Shown here one piece after another: positions 29,713 to 40,006 of a stretch of DNA of 64,000 nucleotides (position 1 is the first letter of the stretch; each line of letters starts with the position of its first letter). The notes under the pieces are model-generated. The model was not told the origin of the DNA, did no database searches, and worked only from the letters and a program-made list of their open reading frames with translations. Both the position numbers and the translations under genes were made by a program. The DNA is from an uncultured Erysipelotrichaceae bacterium (GTDB lineage: Bacteria > Bacillota_I > Bacilli_A > Erysipelotrichales > Erysipelotrichaceae), in assembly GCA_947385085.1 (NCBI GenBank), contig CANDJN010000001.1:73494-137493 (forward strand). The letters are read 5' to 3'.

Positions 29713-31098
29713 ATGGTGAATATGGCAACAGAAAAAGTCAAAATGCCTGTTCAGGATGGCGAAACGCGGCGTTTCAATTTCTTGGAAGTGGCACTGGGGT
29801 ATACGAAAGAAATGGCAATGGAGGAGGCAACGCGCTGCCTGAATTGTCCTACTCGTCCCTGTGTGAGCGGCTGCCCGGTTAAAGTTAAGATTCCTGATTT
29901 TATAGCGGAGGTTGCGAAAGGCGATTTTAAAAAGGCATATGAGATCATTCATGAAACAAGTTCATTGCCTGCTGTATGCGGTCGTGTTTGCCCTCAGGAA
30001 ACTCAGTGTGAGCAACAGTGCGTGCGCGGACGTAAGGGTGAAGCCGTTGCGATTGGTCGTTTGGAGCGATTTGTGGCAGATTGGTATCGGGAAAATGTCT
30101 CTGTAACACCATCGCGTCCAGCCAGCAATCATCATCGAGTTGCAGTTGTCGGCAGCGGCCCTGCCGGTTTAACCTGTGCCGGTGACTTGGCTAAGCTTGG
30201 CTATGAGGTGACTGTGTTTGAGGCTTTGCATACACCGGGTGGTGTCTTGATGTATGGAATTCCTGAATTCCGTTTACCTAAGGAAATCGTACAAAAGGAA
30301 ATTGCCGGATTGAAGGAATTGGGCGTAACCATTGAATGTAACACTGTGATCGGTCGTTGCGATTCCGTAGATGAATTGTTTGAGGAAGGCTATGAAGCTG
30401 TCTTTATCGGCAGTGGTGCCGGTTTGCCGAATTTTATGAATTTACCGGGTGAAAACTTAAAGGGTGTTTATTCTGCCAATGAGTTTTTAACTCGCTGTAA
30501 TTTGATGAAGGCCTATCAGGATGGTGTAGATACACCGATTCAGCGACCCAAACGGGCGGTGATTGTCGGCGGCGGCAATGTGGCTATGGATGCGGCACGC
30601 TGTGCTAAGCGTTTGGGGGTAGAAACCGTATCGGTAGTTTATCGTCGATCCATGGAAGAATTACCGGCACGTAAGGAAGAAGTTGAGCATGCGATGGAGG
30701 AAGGGATTGATTTTCAATTACTGCGCAATCCTGTGCGAGTGCTCGGCAATGAAGATGGCTGGGTGACCGGTGTGGAATGCGTAGAAATGGAATTGGGTGA
30801 ACCGGATGAAAGCGGACGTCGTCGCCCGATGGTAAAAGAAGGAAGCAATTTCATTATCGAAGCGGACTGTATGATAATGGCAATCGGTACATCGCCAAAT
30901 CCACTGATTCGCTCTACGACCCAAGGCTTACAGACCAATCGCAAGGGCTGCTTGATCTGTGATGAACAAGGTCGCACTACACGCGAAGGAGTATTTGCCG
31001 GCGGTGATGCCGTTACTGGTGCGGCTACGGTGATTCTCGCTATGGGAGCAGGCAAGAATGCGGCATTGGCCATTGATGAATACATCAAAAGTAAATAA
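29713..31098 (+). CDS. nfnB: NfnB / GltD-family NADPH-dependent glutamate synthase small-subunit homolog
   Basis: N-terminal Fe-S Cys motifs, two GxGxxG motifs (VVGSGPAG, IVGGGNVAMD). Confidence 0.85.
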   Translation: MVNMATEKVKMPVQDGETRRFNFLEVALGYTKEMAMEEATRCLNCPTRPCVSGCPVKVKIPDFIAEVAKGDFKKAYEIIHETSSLPAVCGRVCPQETQCEQQCVRGRKGEAVAIGRLERFVADWYRENVSVTPSRPASNHHRVAVVGSGPAGLTCAGDLAKLGYEVTVFEALHTPGGVLMYGIPEFRLPKEIVQKEIAGLKELGVTIECNTVIGRCDSVDELFEEGYEAVFIGSGAGLPNFMNLPGENLKGVYSANEFLTRCNLMKAYQDGVDTPIQRPKRAVIVGGGNVAMDAARCAKRLGVETVSVVYRRSMEELPARKEEVEHAMEEGIDFQLLRNPVRVLGNEDGWVTGVECVEMELGEPDESGRRRPMVKEGSNFIIEADCMIMAIGTSPNPLIRSTTQGLQTNRKGCLICDEQGRTTREGVFAGGDAVTGAATVILAMGAGKNAALAIDEYIKSK

Positions 31099-31108
31099 AT
31101 GATGAAAG

Positions 31109-31140
31109 GATATACGAATTTATGTCGTATATCTTTTTTT
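31109..31140 (+). terminator. Intrinsic terminator after nfnB
   Basis: GATATACGA...TCGTATATC stem plus T7. Confidence 0.7.
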
Positions 31141-31348
31141 ACAAAAAGGCGTTAATAAGTTGCATCCAATCATTGCTTTTTGAGGTTACAAGCTGTAAAA
31201 TATTTTACAGGGTATAAAGCATATGCCTTATGTTTTAATCAAAGATGAAATTGATGTTCTATCAACTGTGAAGTACAAGCTTGATCTTTTCCAGAAAATT
31301 TAAAAAGATCACAGAACATCAGCAATTGATAATCAGGAGGGTGCGTAA

Positions 31349-32653
31349 ATGGCAATAGTTGAAGTTGTAAAGTATAACGGTAAATCGGATGTGTTCGCAT
31401 GGAAATATCCAAGTGAGGAATTAGGAACATGGACACAGTTGATTGTAAATGAAGCACAGGAAGCGGTTTTAGTAAAAAGCGGCAAGGTTCTCGATGTGTT
31501 TGGCAGTGGTCGCCATACACTTGAAACGGCAAACATTCCACTTCTCAATAAAATTATTAATCTTCCTTTTGGAGGAAGAAGCCCCTTTACCGCAGAAGTA
31601 TGGTATATTAACAAGGGGTACAATCTTGATATTAAATGGGGAACTCCTTCTCCGGTTCAAATTCAAGATCCTAAGTATGGCATTTTTGCGCCAGTGCGTT
31701 CCAATGGTGCATTTGGCATTCATATTAATGATGCAAAGAAATTTTTAATTAAACTTGTTACTACAATATCAACATTCGATGCTGCTTCAATTACGAAGTA
31801 TTTCAGAGGTCTTTACGTTACGAAGGTTAAAGATGCAATTTCCACATATCTTGTTCATAAGCAGATCAGCATTCTTGAAATCAATGCTTATATTGATGAA
31901 TTATCTCAGTATATGAAGGAAAGCGTCCAACCGGTTATGGATGAGTATGGCATTGAACTTGTTTCTTTCTACGTAAATGAGATAAGCGTTCCGGAAGAAG
32001 ATAGCGCAGTTAAGAAATTAAAGGATGCTCTTTCTAAACGTGCTGAAATGAACATTATTGGCTATAGTTATCAGCAAGAGCGTTCTTTCGATACCCTTGA
32101 AGGTGCTGCTAAAAATACCGGCTCTACAGCTGCTCCGCTTATGGGTGCAGGAATGGGATTAGGTATGGGCTTTGGTATGGGACAAGGCGTAGGGACAGGA
32201 TTCGGAAATATGGCTCAAGAGATTCAAGTGAATAATCCTAATGATGCGACAAAGGAATGTCCAAATTGTCATGCTCGTATACCACAGGTTCAAAGATTTT
32301 GTGGTAACTGTGGATTCGATTCTGAGAAGAAACCAGAGGCAACACAGGAAAGGAAATTAACTTGTTCAACTTGTGGCAGCGCTATTACGGAAAATACGAA
32401 ATTTTGCCCAGAATGTGGCAGAAAAATCGTACATTGTCCACAGTGTGGAAATGATATTGCGGATGAAAGTACAAAATGCGCGGCTTGCAATTATGAAAAA
32501 CCCAAAACCTGTCCGGATTGTGGAGCAAAGATTTCTTGCAATGCTAAGTTCTGCCCTGAATGTGGAAAAGTACTTGTTAAAATATGTCCTAATTGTAATA
32601 CCCCAATTGAGGGCGAAGAGAAGTTTTGTCCCGAATGCGGTGAAAAGTTATAA
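31349..32653 (+). CDS. SPFH/band-7 (YdjI / COG4260-like) protein with a Gly/Met-rich linker and five tandem C-terminal zinc ribbons
   Basis: SPFH core; GAGMGLGMGFGMGQGVGTGFG linker; five CxxC-x(9-12)-CxxC units. Confidence 0.75.
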   Translation: MAIVEVVKYNGKSDVFAWKYPSEELGTWTQLIVNEAQEAVLVKSGKVLDVFGSGRHTLETANIPLLNKIINLPFGGRSPFTAEVWYINKGYNLDIKWGTPSPVQIQDPKYGIFAPVRSNGAFGIHINDAKKFLIKLVTTISTFDAASITKYFRGLYVTKVKDAISTYLVHKQISILEINAYIDELSQYMKESVQPVMDEYGIELVSFYVNEISVPEEDSAVKKLKDALSKRAEMNIIGYSYQQERSFDTLEGAAKNTGSTAAPLMGAGMGLGMGFGMGQGVGTGFGNMAQEIQVNNPNDATKECPNCHARIPQVQRFCGNCGFDSEKKPEATQERKLTCSTCGSAITENTKFCPECGRKIVHCPQCGNDIADESTKCAACNYEKPKTCPDCGAKISCNAKFCPECGKVLVKICPNCNTPIEGEEKFCPECGEKL

Positions 32654-32665
32654 GGAGGCATTGGC

Positions 32666-33361
32666 ATGAATAGAAGAAGTATGACAATATCGTTTAGTGG
32701 TGTTATCATCCTAATTGTAACGGTTATTATAACCACACTCTATGTTGATGATTGGCCTATGCTTACCATAGGAGCATTTATCATGTTGCTTTTAACGGAA
32801 ATATTGTTCTTTGGTGGCTTAATTCTTGTTGAACGAATTGCTGAAAGAAGTGAACAAATTATAACTCGTTCCACTTTATACACATTGCTGAGCGCTTATT
32901 TGGTAGTGAATGTTCCGGTATCTATCCTTTACATGGCATTTTTAAAGGAAGCCAGCACTTCCTTTATGATTATAGAAGTAGTTCTCCTTGCTATTTTAGC
33001 CATCGGCATTGTAGTATCCTTAACAGCAAGCAAGGGCATTCATCAGGCAAATGAGATAACTATGAGCAATGTATCTAACATGGAAGCATTAGTAGGTCGC
33101 TTGAATAAATTAGCTACAATGTCAGAATGTGAAGCTTATGCGGCTACTTTGAAAAAACTAAGTGATGATTTGCGTTTTACCGACTTTTCGGTTAATGTCA
33201 TGGAGGATGAAGAAATTGCTGATTCGATCTCGGCATTAGAAATTGAAATCAGCAATGAAAACATTTCTGAGGAAGCGATAAAGGGCGCATTAGTAAAAAT
33301 TAATTCCTTAATTTCTCAAAGAAAGCTGACAGCCAGTACGATGAAAAAAGGAAAAATATAA
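32666..33361 (+). CDS. 4-TM membrane protein with a cytoplasmic coiled-coil tail (YdjH-like position)
   Basis: Hydrophobic N-terminal half, charged helical C-terminal half; 12 nt after the SPFH gene. Confidence 0.55.
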   Translation: MNRRSMTISFSGVIILIVTVIITTLYVDDWPMLTIGAFIMLLLTEILFFGGLILVERIAERSEQIITRSTLYTLLSAYLVVNVPVSILYMAFLKEASTSFMIIEVVLLAILAIGIVVSLTASKGIHQANEITMSNVSNMEALVGRLNKLATMSECEAYAATLKKLSDDLRFTDFSVNVMEDEEIADSISALEIEISNENISEEAIKGALVKINSLISQRKLTASTMKKGKI

Positions 33362-33384
33362 ATGAATAGAGAGGAGAAAAGAAT

Positions 33385-33972
33385 ATGAATAACTCTAAAG
33401 TAGCAATAGCTGTAAGTAAGACGATTAGCTTTATTCAATTAGTAGGTGGGATTATTTTAGTCTTTATGTTTGGACTTTGCGCGATTATGTATTTAACGGA
33501 TAAGGAATATGCGGGTGAAACGGGAATAGCATTTTTGATTACTTGTTTAATCATTACAGGCCTCGGTATATGGCTTATCACTCTTTCAAGAAAAAAGAAG
33601 AAATTAGTTCGCGAGTTTAAGAAATACGTTGCCGTAATTTCACAGGATGCTTCCGGATATATTCCTGATATTGCGACCTCTTTAGGCACATCGGAAGATA
33701 TTGTGAAAAGCAACATTGAATTGATGATACAAAAGGAATTCTTCACGAACGCATATATTGATAGAAGCTCCAATTGCGTTGTTATTGGTAATAAACAGAA
33801 TGCACAAACAACGATGTCTACAGCTAATGCATATGCGAATTCCACAAATACGGATATGTCGACAGTGGAAATGGTAACCGTAAAATGTAATGGATGTGGT
33901 GGAATTAATACTATCGCAAAAGGGCACACTGGCACATGCGATTATTGTGGTTCGGCAATAAAAGGAGTGTAA
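33385..33972 (+). CDS. 2-TM membrane protein with a C-terminal zinc ribbon (YdjG-like)
   Basis: C-terminal CNGCGG...CDYCG ribbon; RBS GAGGAG. Confidence 0.55.
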   Translation: MNNSKVAIAVSKTISFIQLVGGIILVFMFGLCAIMYLTDKEYAGETGIAFLITCLIITGLGIWLITLSRKKKKLVREFKKYVAVISQDASGYIPDIATSLGTSEDIVKSNIELMIQKEFFTNAYIDRSSNCVVIGNKQNAQTTMSTANAYANSTNTDMSTVEMVTVKCNGCGGINTIAKGHTGTCDYCGSAIKGV

Positions 33973-34413
33973 AGAGGGAGCAATGCTTATATTTACACAA
34001 CAACCAAATAAAGTAACAATGTTAGGGGTTACATTTTTTAGTAATGTATGTTATGATAAGGATAGGGAATAAATTGCTTATTTCTCAATTCATAATAAAT
34101 TGGCGTTTTATTATGAATTTCATGATGACTGTGTAGAAGCAGCATCATCAATTTTTATCATATCGATTTCCTTTCGATAACTAACCAAGAGAAAGACACG
34201 ATGGCGATCGTGTCTTTCTCTAGTTATTGTCACTTTGTTTTTGATCAATTGACATTAAAATATTTTTCATTCACAAATGATATATCATCATGGGACTATG
34301 GCCAAGGTCAGTTACTGATAATGATTTCTATTCTTACTACATTATAAAAATCATTTTTGATAAATCCCTTAAGAAAGGAAAGCTTGTATTAATGCATTAA
34401 TTCATGATTTTTA

Positions 34414-34443
34414 TTGACAAACACTTTCCTTTTTCGTTATAAT
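34414..34443 (+). promoter_or_regulatory. SigA-type promoter for the leuS leader
   Basis: TTGACA, 18 nt, TATAAT. Confidence 0.55.
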
Positions 34444-34449
34444 CATAAG

Positions 34450-34672
34450 CAGAAATAAAGGCTGAGAATTAGAGTAGTACGTAAAAGTCTGTATTCAGAG
34501 AGCAGTTGGCTGGTGAAAAACTGTTATTAGCTTTTAGGGAACTCACTAAGGAGCCGATAATGAGAAGTTATACGTATCCTTGCGTTAAAAGGATAAAGTG
34601 CATATATCTATTGATATATGAAGCAAGGTGGTACCGCGTTCATGACGTCCTCGCAAATGAGGACTTTTTTTT
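34450..34672 (+). promoter_or_regulatory. T-box riboswitch leader (Leu, candidate specifier CUC at 34542-34544)
   Basis: Conserved T-box AAGCAAGGUGGUACCGCG at 34621-34638; terminator GUCCUC/GAGGAC plus U8 at 34647-34672; AGAGAG and GGUGA stem-I motifs; GAACUCA specifier context. Confidence 0.8.
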
Positions 34673-34694
34673 ATGAGAGAGAGGATGAAAGAAT

Positions 34695-37091
34695 ATGAGC
34701 TTTAATCACAAGGAAATAGAACAGAAATGGCAGAGATATTGGGAGGATCATAAGACCTTTGTATGTGATGTATGGGACTTTGACAAGCCGAAGTTTTATG
34801 CATTAGATATGTTCCCGTATCCCAGTGGACAGGGGTTGCATGTGGGACATCCGGAAGGATATACCGCAAGCGATATTGTTTGTCGAATGAAGAAAATGCA
34901 GGGATATAATGTTTTACATCCAATGGGATTTGATTCCTTTGGTTTACCGGCAGAACAATACGCGATTCAAACTGGAAATCATCCCGAAGGCTTTACTCTA
35001 AAAAACATCGCGACCTTTACTCGACAATTAAAAATGCTTGGCTTTGCCCTGGATTGGGACAAGCAGGTATCTACGTGTGATCCGCATTACTATAAATGGA
35101 CACAGTGGATATTTAAACAGCTGTATGAGGATGGCTTGGCAAAATACGTAAACATTCCGGTAAACTGGTGTGAGGAATTGGGAACAGTTCTTGCCAATGA
35201 TGAAATTGTGGACGGAAAAAGTGAACGCGGTGGTTATCCGGTTGTGCGTAAGAATATGATGCAGTGGGTGATTGATATACCGAAATATGCGGATCGCTTA
35301 TTAGAAGGCCTGGATGATATTGATTGGCCAAGTTCCACAAAGGAAATGCAGCGTAACTGGATTGGCAAATCGATGGGTGCTCACGTTGATTTTAAAGTGG
35401 CAGATCATGATGAATCCTTTACAGTGTTTACGACGCGTTGTGATACCTTGTTTGGGGCGACCTATTGCGTATTGGCTCCAGAACATGACCTCGTTCAAAA
35501 AATCGTAAGTGATGAACAAAAAAACGATGTGGATCACTATGTTTCGGCTTGTGCTCATAAGTCGGAATTAGAACGCACAGAGTTAAATAAAGAGAAAACA
35601 GGCGTTTTTACCGGCGCCTACGCGATCAATCCGGTTAACAATAAAAAAATACCAATTTGGATTTCTGATTATGTGCTGGCAAGCTATGGTACGGGGGCGA
35701 TTATGGCGGTACCGGCGCATGATGAACGTGATTATGCATTTGCTAAAAAATTTGACTTGGAAATTATTCCTGTCTTAGAGGGCGGCGATATTACCAAGGA
35801 AGCATGGACAGAGGATGGACTTCATATCAATTCCGAGTTTTTAGATGGTATGAATAAAGAGGATGCGATTGCGGCGATGATTGCCTTTCTGGAAACAAAT
35901 CACTGCGGTCGTGCACAGGTGAATTATCGCTTACGGGAATGGATTTTTGCACGTCAGCGTTATTGGGGGGAACCGATTCCGATTGTCCACATGGAAAATG
36001 GTGAAAGTGTAGCACTGAATGATGAAGAATTGCCATTAGTATTGCCGCCATTAGCCGATTACAGCCCCAGCAAAAGCGGTGCAAGTCCTCTGGAAAAAGC
36101 AACGGAATGGGTGAATGTGGAACGAAACGGACAAAAGGGCAAACGTGAAACGAGCACCATGCCGGGCAGTGCCGGATCCAGCTGGTATTTCTTGCGCTAT
36201 ATCGATCCGAAAAATGACGAGATGTTTGCGGATCCGAAGCTGTTAAAGCATTGGATGCCGGTGGATTTGTATATCGGTGGCAGTGAACACGCGGTCGGAC
36301 ATCTGCTTTATTCTCGCATGTGGAACCATTACTTATATGACAAAGGTTTGGTTCCGATCAAAGAACCGTTTCAGAAACTGTTCCATCAAGGTATGATCCT
36401 TGGTGAGAACAATGAAAAAATGTCAAAATCACGCGGCAACGTTGTCAATCCCGATGATATTGTGAAGCAATATGGCGCTGATACCCTGCGGCTTTATGAG
36501 ATGTTTATGGGACCGTTAGAGGCCAGCAAGCCATGGGCGGACAGCGGTGTCGAAGCCAGCCGCAAGTGGCTGGATCGTGTATGGCGTTTGATGATGGAAA
36601 GTGATAAATTAAGCGATGAAAACGATCATCAGTTAGATTACAGTTATCATTTTACCGTAAAAAAGGTAACGGAGGACTTCGCATCCTTAAATATGAATAC
36701 GGCTATTTCTCAAATGATGATTTTCATCAATGACTGTTATAAATGCGAACATGTATATCGTCCCTATGCTTTGGATTTTATTAAAATGCTCTCCTGTGTC
36801 GCTCCGCATGTTTGCGAGGAAATGTACACAACATTGACGGGGAAGGAATGCATTGCCAATGAAGCATGGCCGATCTATGATGAAAATCAGCTGAAAAAGA
36901 CTGAAATGGAAGTCATTGCTCAGGTAAACGGCAAGCTGCGCGGACGCTTTACGGTATCGGTAGATGCCGATGAGGACGAGATTCGTCAAGCGGCGATGGA
37001 TCTGCCAAATGTAAAAGCACAGATTGAAGGTAAAACTGTGCGCAAAATCATTGTGGTTAAAGGCAAGGTAGTGAATATTGTAGCGAACTAA
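34695..37091 (+). CDS. leuS: Leucine--tRNA ligase
   Basis: HVGH (HIGH) and KMSKS motifs, CP1 editing domain, 798 aa. Confidence 0.97.
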   Translation: MSFNHKEIEQKWQRYWEDHKTFVCDVWDFDKPKFYALDMFPYPSGQGLHVGHPEGYTASDIVCRMKKMQGYNVLHPMGFDSFGLPAEQYAIQTGNHPEGFTLKNIATFTRQLKMLGFALDWDKQVSTCDPHYYKWTQWIFKQLYEDGLAKYVNIPVNWCEELGTVLANDEIVDGKSERGGYPVVRKNMMQWVIDIPKYADRLLEGLDDIDWPSSTKEMQRNWIGKSMGAHVDFKVADHDESFTVFTTRCDTLFGATYCVLAPEHDLVQKIVSDEQKNDVDHYVSACAHKSELERTELNKEKTGVFTGAYAINPVNNKKIPIWISDYVLASYGTGAIMAVPAHDERDYAFAKKFDLEIIPVLEGGDITKEAWTEDGLHINSEFLDGMNKEDAIAAMIAFLETNHCGRAQVNYRLREWIFARQRYWGEPIPIVHMENGESVALNDEELPLVLPPLADYSPSKSGASPLEKATEWVNVERNGQKGKRETSTMPGSAGSSWYFLRYIDPKNDEMFADPKLLKHWMPVDLYIGGSEHAVGHLLYSRMWNHYLYDKGLVPIKEPFQKLFHQGMILGENNEKMSKSRGNVVNPDDIVKQYGADTLRLYEMFMGPLEASKPWADSGVEASRKWLDRVWRLMMESDKLSDENDHQLDYSYHFTVKKVTEDFASLNMNTAISQMMIFINDCYKCEHVYRPYALDFIKMLSCVAPHVCEEMYTTLTGKECIANEAWPIYDENQLKKTEMEVIAQVNGKLRGRFTVSVDADEDEIRQAAMDLPNVKAQIEGKTVRKIIVVKGKVVNIVAN

Positions 37092-37118
37092 AAAGTGATG
37101 TAAAATCACTTTTTTCTT
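37092..37118 (+). terminator. Intrinsic terminator after leuS
   Basis: AAAGTGAT-GTAAA-ATCACTTT plus T-run. Confidence 0.7.
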
Positions 37119-37301
37119 CTTATGAGTCTGGTTAAGAAGATTGATGTTGTTATTTGTGATTTAATTAGCACATCAGCGTCAATGCTATTGTTGTGATTAT
37201 GGCAACACCGTTGGACACATCACTTTTAAAGCGGTTAAGGGATAGTGTAAAATGTGGTAGAGTCATATTAAAGTGCCTTGTAGCGAAGCGGAAAGGAATG
37301 A

Positions 37302-37847
37302 ATGCTTAAAATGATGAACAGAAAAATAGTTTTATATATTTCAATGAGTTTCGATGGCTTTATTGCCGATCATCACCATCGTGTCGCATGGATTGAGGGA
37401 GAAGATCATAGTCATAGCGGTGATTATGGATATGGTGATTTTATTAAAACGATTGATACTGTCATATTGGGAAGTCATACTTACCAGCAAATCATAACGG
37501 AGCTATCCCCCGATGAATGGGTATATCAAGGCCTAACAAGCTATGTGTTGACTCATAAAGAATTCACAGACACTGAGGATATCAAATTCGTGAATGAGCA
37601 TATCAGTGTTCTAATAGCAAAGCTTAAAAGGCAAGAGGGGAAGGATATATGGATTTGCGGAGGAGCAGATATCGTGAATCAATGTATTAAAAATAATCTG
37701 ATTGATGAATACCATATCACTATTGTGCCGATTATTTTAGGGAAGGGAATCCGATTGTTCCATGATGATAATTTTTTGATCAAGCTGAAATGGAAAGAAA
37801 CAAAACAAGAAAACGGATTATTAGAATGTAGCTATGTTAGAAGATAA
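37302..37847 (+). CDS. Dihydrofolate reductase-like protein (RibD C-terminal domain family)
   Basis: YISMSFDGFIA...WICGGADIV pattern. Confidence 0.7.
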   Translation: MLKMMNRKIVLYISMSFDGFIADHHHRVAWIEGEDHSHSGDYGYGDFIKTIDTVILGSHTYQQIITELSPDEWVYQGLTSYVLTHKEFTDTEDIKFVNEHISVLIAKLKRQEGKDIWICGGADIVNQCIKNNLIDEYHITIVPIILGKGIRLFHDDNFLIKLKWKETKQENGLLECSYVRR

Positions 37848-38027
37848 ATATGGCAATGGAGAATGAGAGTGGATAAGAAAATTTAAAGCTAAACGGATCA
37901 AGTGATAAAAACTATATAGGAGATACGCTTTTTATGTTATAATATTTGATGTGAGGGTCAGCATATATAGATCATGTTAAGACAATTAATAATAGGCTAT
38001 GAGTTTACAAAGGAGGAAGATGGATAT

Positions 38028-38528
38028 ATGAAAAGATACCCTTTTTTCATTACCCTGGTGGGCATATTAATTATGAGCGGGTGCACCAAAATGGAGCCAA
38101 TTACAGATTCTAATTTTCAAAATGGTATTTCTGATGCGACCGTATTTGTGCGCGGAATGGGATGCAATGATCCGAATTGTACAGATTCCACACATCACCA
38201 CGATTGCCCGTCAGACTGCGATGATTATAATCATTACCACAACTGTGACTTGAATTGTACGGAAACAAGTCATCATCATTTCAATACACATCATGGAGAT
38301 GATATTGATACCAATGTCTCTTTTGTGAGTGGAATGGGGTGCAATGACCCGAATTGTACAGATTCCACACATCACCACGATTGTCCAGCCGACTGCGATG
38401 ATTATGATCATTATCATCACTGCAGCTTGAATTGTACGGAAACCAGTCATCATCATAATGAATCAAATAATGCGAATCGCTCTGGACAGCATCATCAGAG
38501 AAGACATCATGGTGGCACCCATCATTAG
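38028..38528 (+). CDS. Cys/His-rich tandem-repeat lipoprotein (putative extracytoplasmic metal-binding protein)
   Basis: Lipobox LIMSGC after a signal peptide. Two 59-aa repeats each carry CNDPNC, CPxDC, CxLNC pairs separated by HHH/HYH stretches; C-terminal His-rich tail. Confidence 0.6.
   Translation: MKRYPFFITLVGILIMSGCTKMEPITDSNFQNGISDATVFVRGMGCNDPNCTDSTHHHDCPSDCDDYNHYHNCDLNCTETSHHHFNTHHGDDIDTNVSFVSGMGCNDPNCTDSTHHHDCPADCDDYDHYHHCSLNCTETSHHHNESNNANRSGQHHQRRHHGGTHH
38148..38457 (+). repeat. ~177-bp tandem duplication (2 copies, ~90% identical) inside the lipoprotein gene
   Basis: Unit 1 starts GTGCGCGGAATGGGATGCAATGATCCGAATTGTACAGATTCCACACATCACCACGATTG; it repeats starting at 38325. Confidence 0.8.
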
Positions 38529-38644
38529 CGATGGAGAATCTTTAAAAGCCAAACCCTATGGGATTAACTCAAATGTTTAATAGGAGATTGGCTTTTTAAA
38601 TTTGATACTTAAGATAGAGCAAAACACATTTGAAGGAGACAGTT

Positions 38645-39259
38645 ATGAAAGAAATTGATCCCAGACAAATCAAAAGAGCACAAGCATATGAATTATGGAT
38701 GAAAGCACCAAATCCGAAAGTGACCTTTTTCAAAACATTTGATGTGACACCGCTGGTTAAAAAAAGCTTAAAACAAAAATATAAGTTTAATATGCTGATG
38801 GATTATTGTATCGGGAAAGCAGCTTCTGGGATAGAAGAATTTTATACACTCCCTGTAGGAGATAAGCTAATTCAATACGATACACTTGCTGTCAATACGA
38901 TCGTAAAAAATAAAAATGGCGAGGTGAGCTCCTGCGATGTATTATACAGTGATGATTTGGAGCAATTTAATGATGATTATTTAAAGTATACACAAGAAGT
39001 CAACGAAACATGCCAAAATCGCGATTTGACAGACAGTATGGTGATTGGTACCTCTGCCATCATTGACACAACGCTTGATGGCATTGTGGGAATGAACAGC
39101 GATTTTCACAATCCGTTTGTCATGTGGGGAAAATATCAAAAGCGATTTTTTAAATATGAACTGCGTATTTCCTTTCAATTTCACCATACACAAATGGATG
39201 GGGCACATGCAGGACGATTTTTAGAGCAGCTACAAAAGGAAATGAATCATTTACGATAA
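38645..39259 (+). CDS. cat: Chloramphenicol O-acetyltransferase family protein (type A CAT-like)
   Basis: CAT-family catalytic motif FHHTQMDGAH near the C-terminus; ~205 aa; RBS GAAGGAG. Confidence 0.7.
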   Translation: MKEIDPRQIKRAQAYELWMKAPNPKVTFFKTFDVTPLVKKSLKQKYKFNMLMDYCIGKAASGIEEFYTLPVGDKLIQYDTLAVNTIVKNKNGEVSSCDVLYSDDLEQFNDDYLKYTQEVNETCQNRDLTDSMVIGTSAIIDTTLDGIVGMNSDFHNPFVMWGKYQKRFFKYELRISFQFHHTQMDGAHAGRFLEQLQKEMNHLR

Positions 39260-39396
39260 TACGGATGTGATTGCAAAAGAAGCGAAGCAGATTACGAAAG
39301 CGAGGATATGCAATGAATTTTACGACTCATGGCAATAAGCAAAATGAAAAAACTGCATCCGATGTTCACAAGCGCTGATTATTTTAATTTCGTCAT

Positions 39397-39999
39397 TTGA
39401 TCATTTCGACTTATAGTGGTCATTATAAAAATTCAAAGTATTTATCCATGGACGCAGAAACAGATGCGATCGATGAATTTCTAAAAGAAAACGGCATTGA
39501 TCATTTAAAAGCGGTGATCGGATTCTCGTTGGGCGGCAATATGGCGTTTTATTATTTCTGTCACCATAGTACAATGATTGATCAGGTCATTGTGGATACC
39601 GCTCCCATAATTAAATTCCCGCATTTTATTAAATCGTACTTCTATAACAAATTTCGAAGATGACTGAATAATGCAAGAAATCATCCTGATAAAGCTGCGG
39701 AAGTTTTAAATCAATGCTTTCATGGTATGGGAGATGCGCAACAATATATTGCGCCTATTGTAAGTTTCGATAGCTTAAAAAACTTAATCGAGAGCTGTTT
39801 TCATGTCGAAGCCCCCAAGTTGGATTCACAAACACAGCGCAAAATTACCTTTGTATATGGGAAGGAGGATACCACCAGGCTCTGTTTACCGCGAATCAGA
39901 AAATACAAAAACAGTGAATTTATAATCGCCGCTTCCATGGGACATTGTGGTTATTTTCAATTTCACAGTGATGATTATCTAACAAGATTGCTGCAATAA
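39397..39999 (+). pseudogene. Fragmented alpha/beta-hydrolase gene (two out-of-frame pieces, N-terminus missing)
   Basis: Piece 1 carries the nucleophile elbow GFSLGG; piece 2 carries the C-terminal His region (MGHCGY); ~60-nt frame break between them. Confidence 0.55.
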
Positions 40000-40006
40000 G
40001 AGATTT

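Noticed and set aside
30714-31088. 124-aa minus-strand ORF inside nfnB
   Set aside because: Antisense shadow of a GC-richer conserved gene.
34186-34222. Perfect 14-bp inverted repeat (GAGAAAGACACGAT...ATCGTGTCTTTCTC) considered as a mobile-element end or attachment site
   Set aside because: No integrase, transposase or second copy nearby. Most simply a factor-independent terminator-like hairpin closing the upstream operon, though it lacks a clear T-run.
37974-38027. Upstream extension of the lipoprotein ORF (MLRQLIIGYEFTKEEDGY...)
   Set aside because: No RBS. The internal ATG at 38028 has AAGGAGGA upstream and yields a proper signal peptide.
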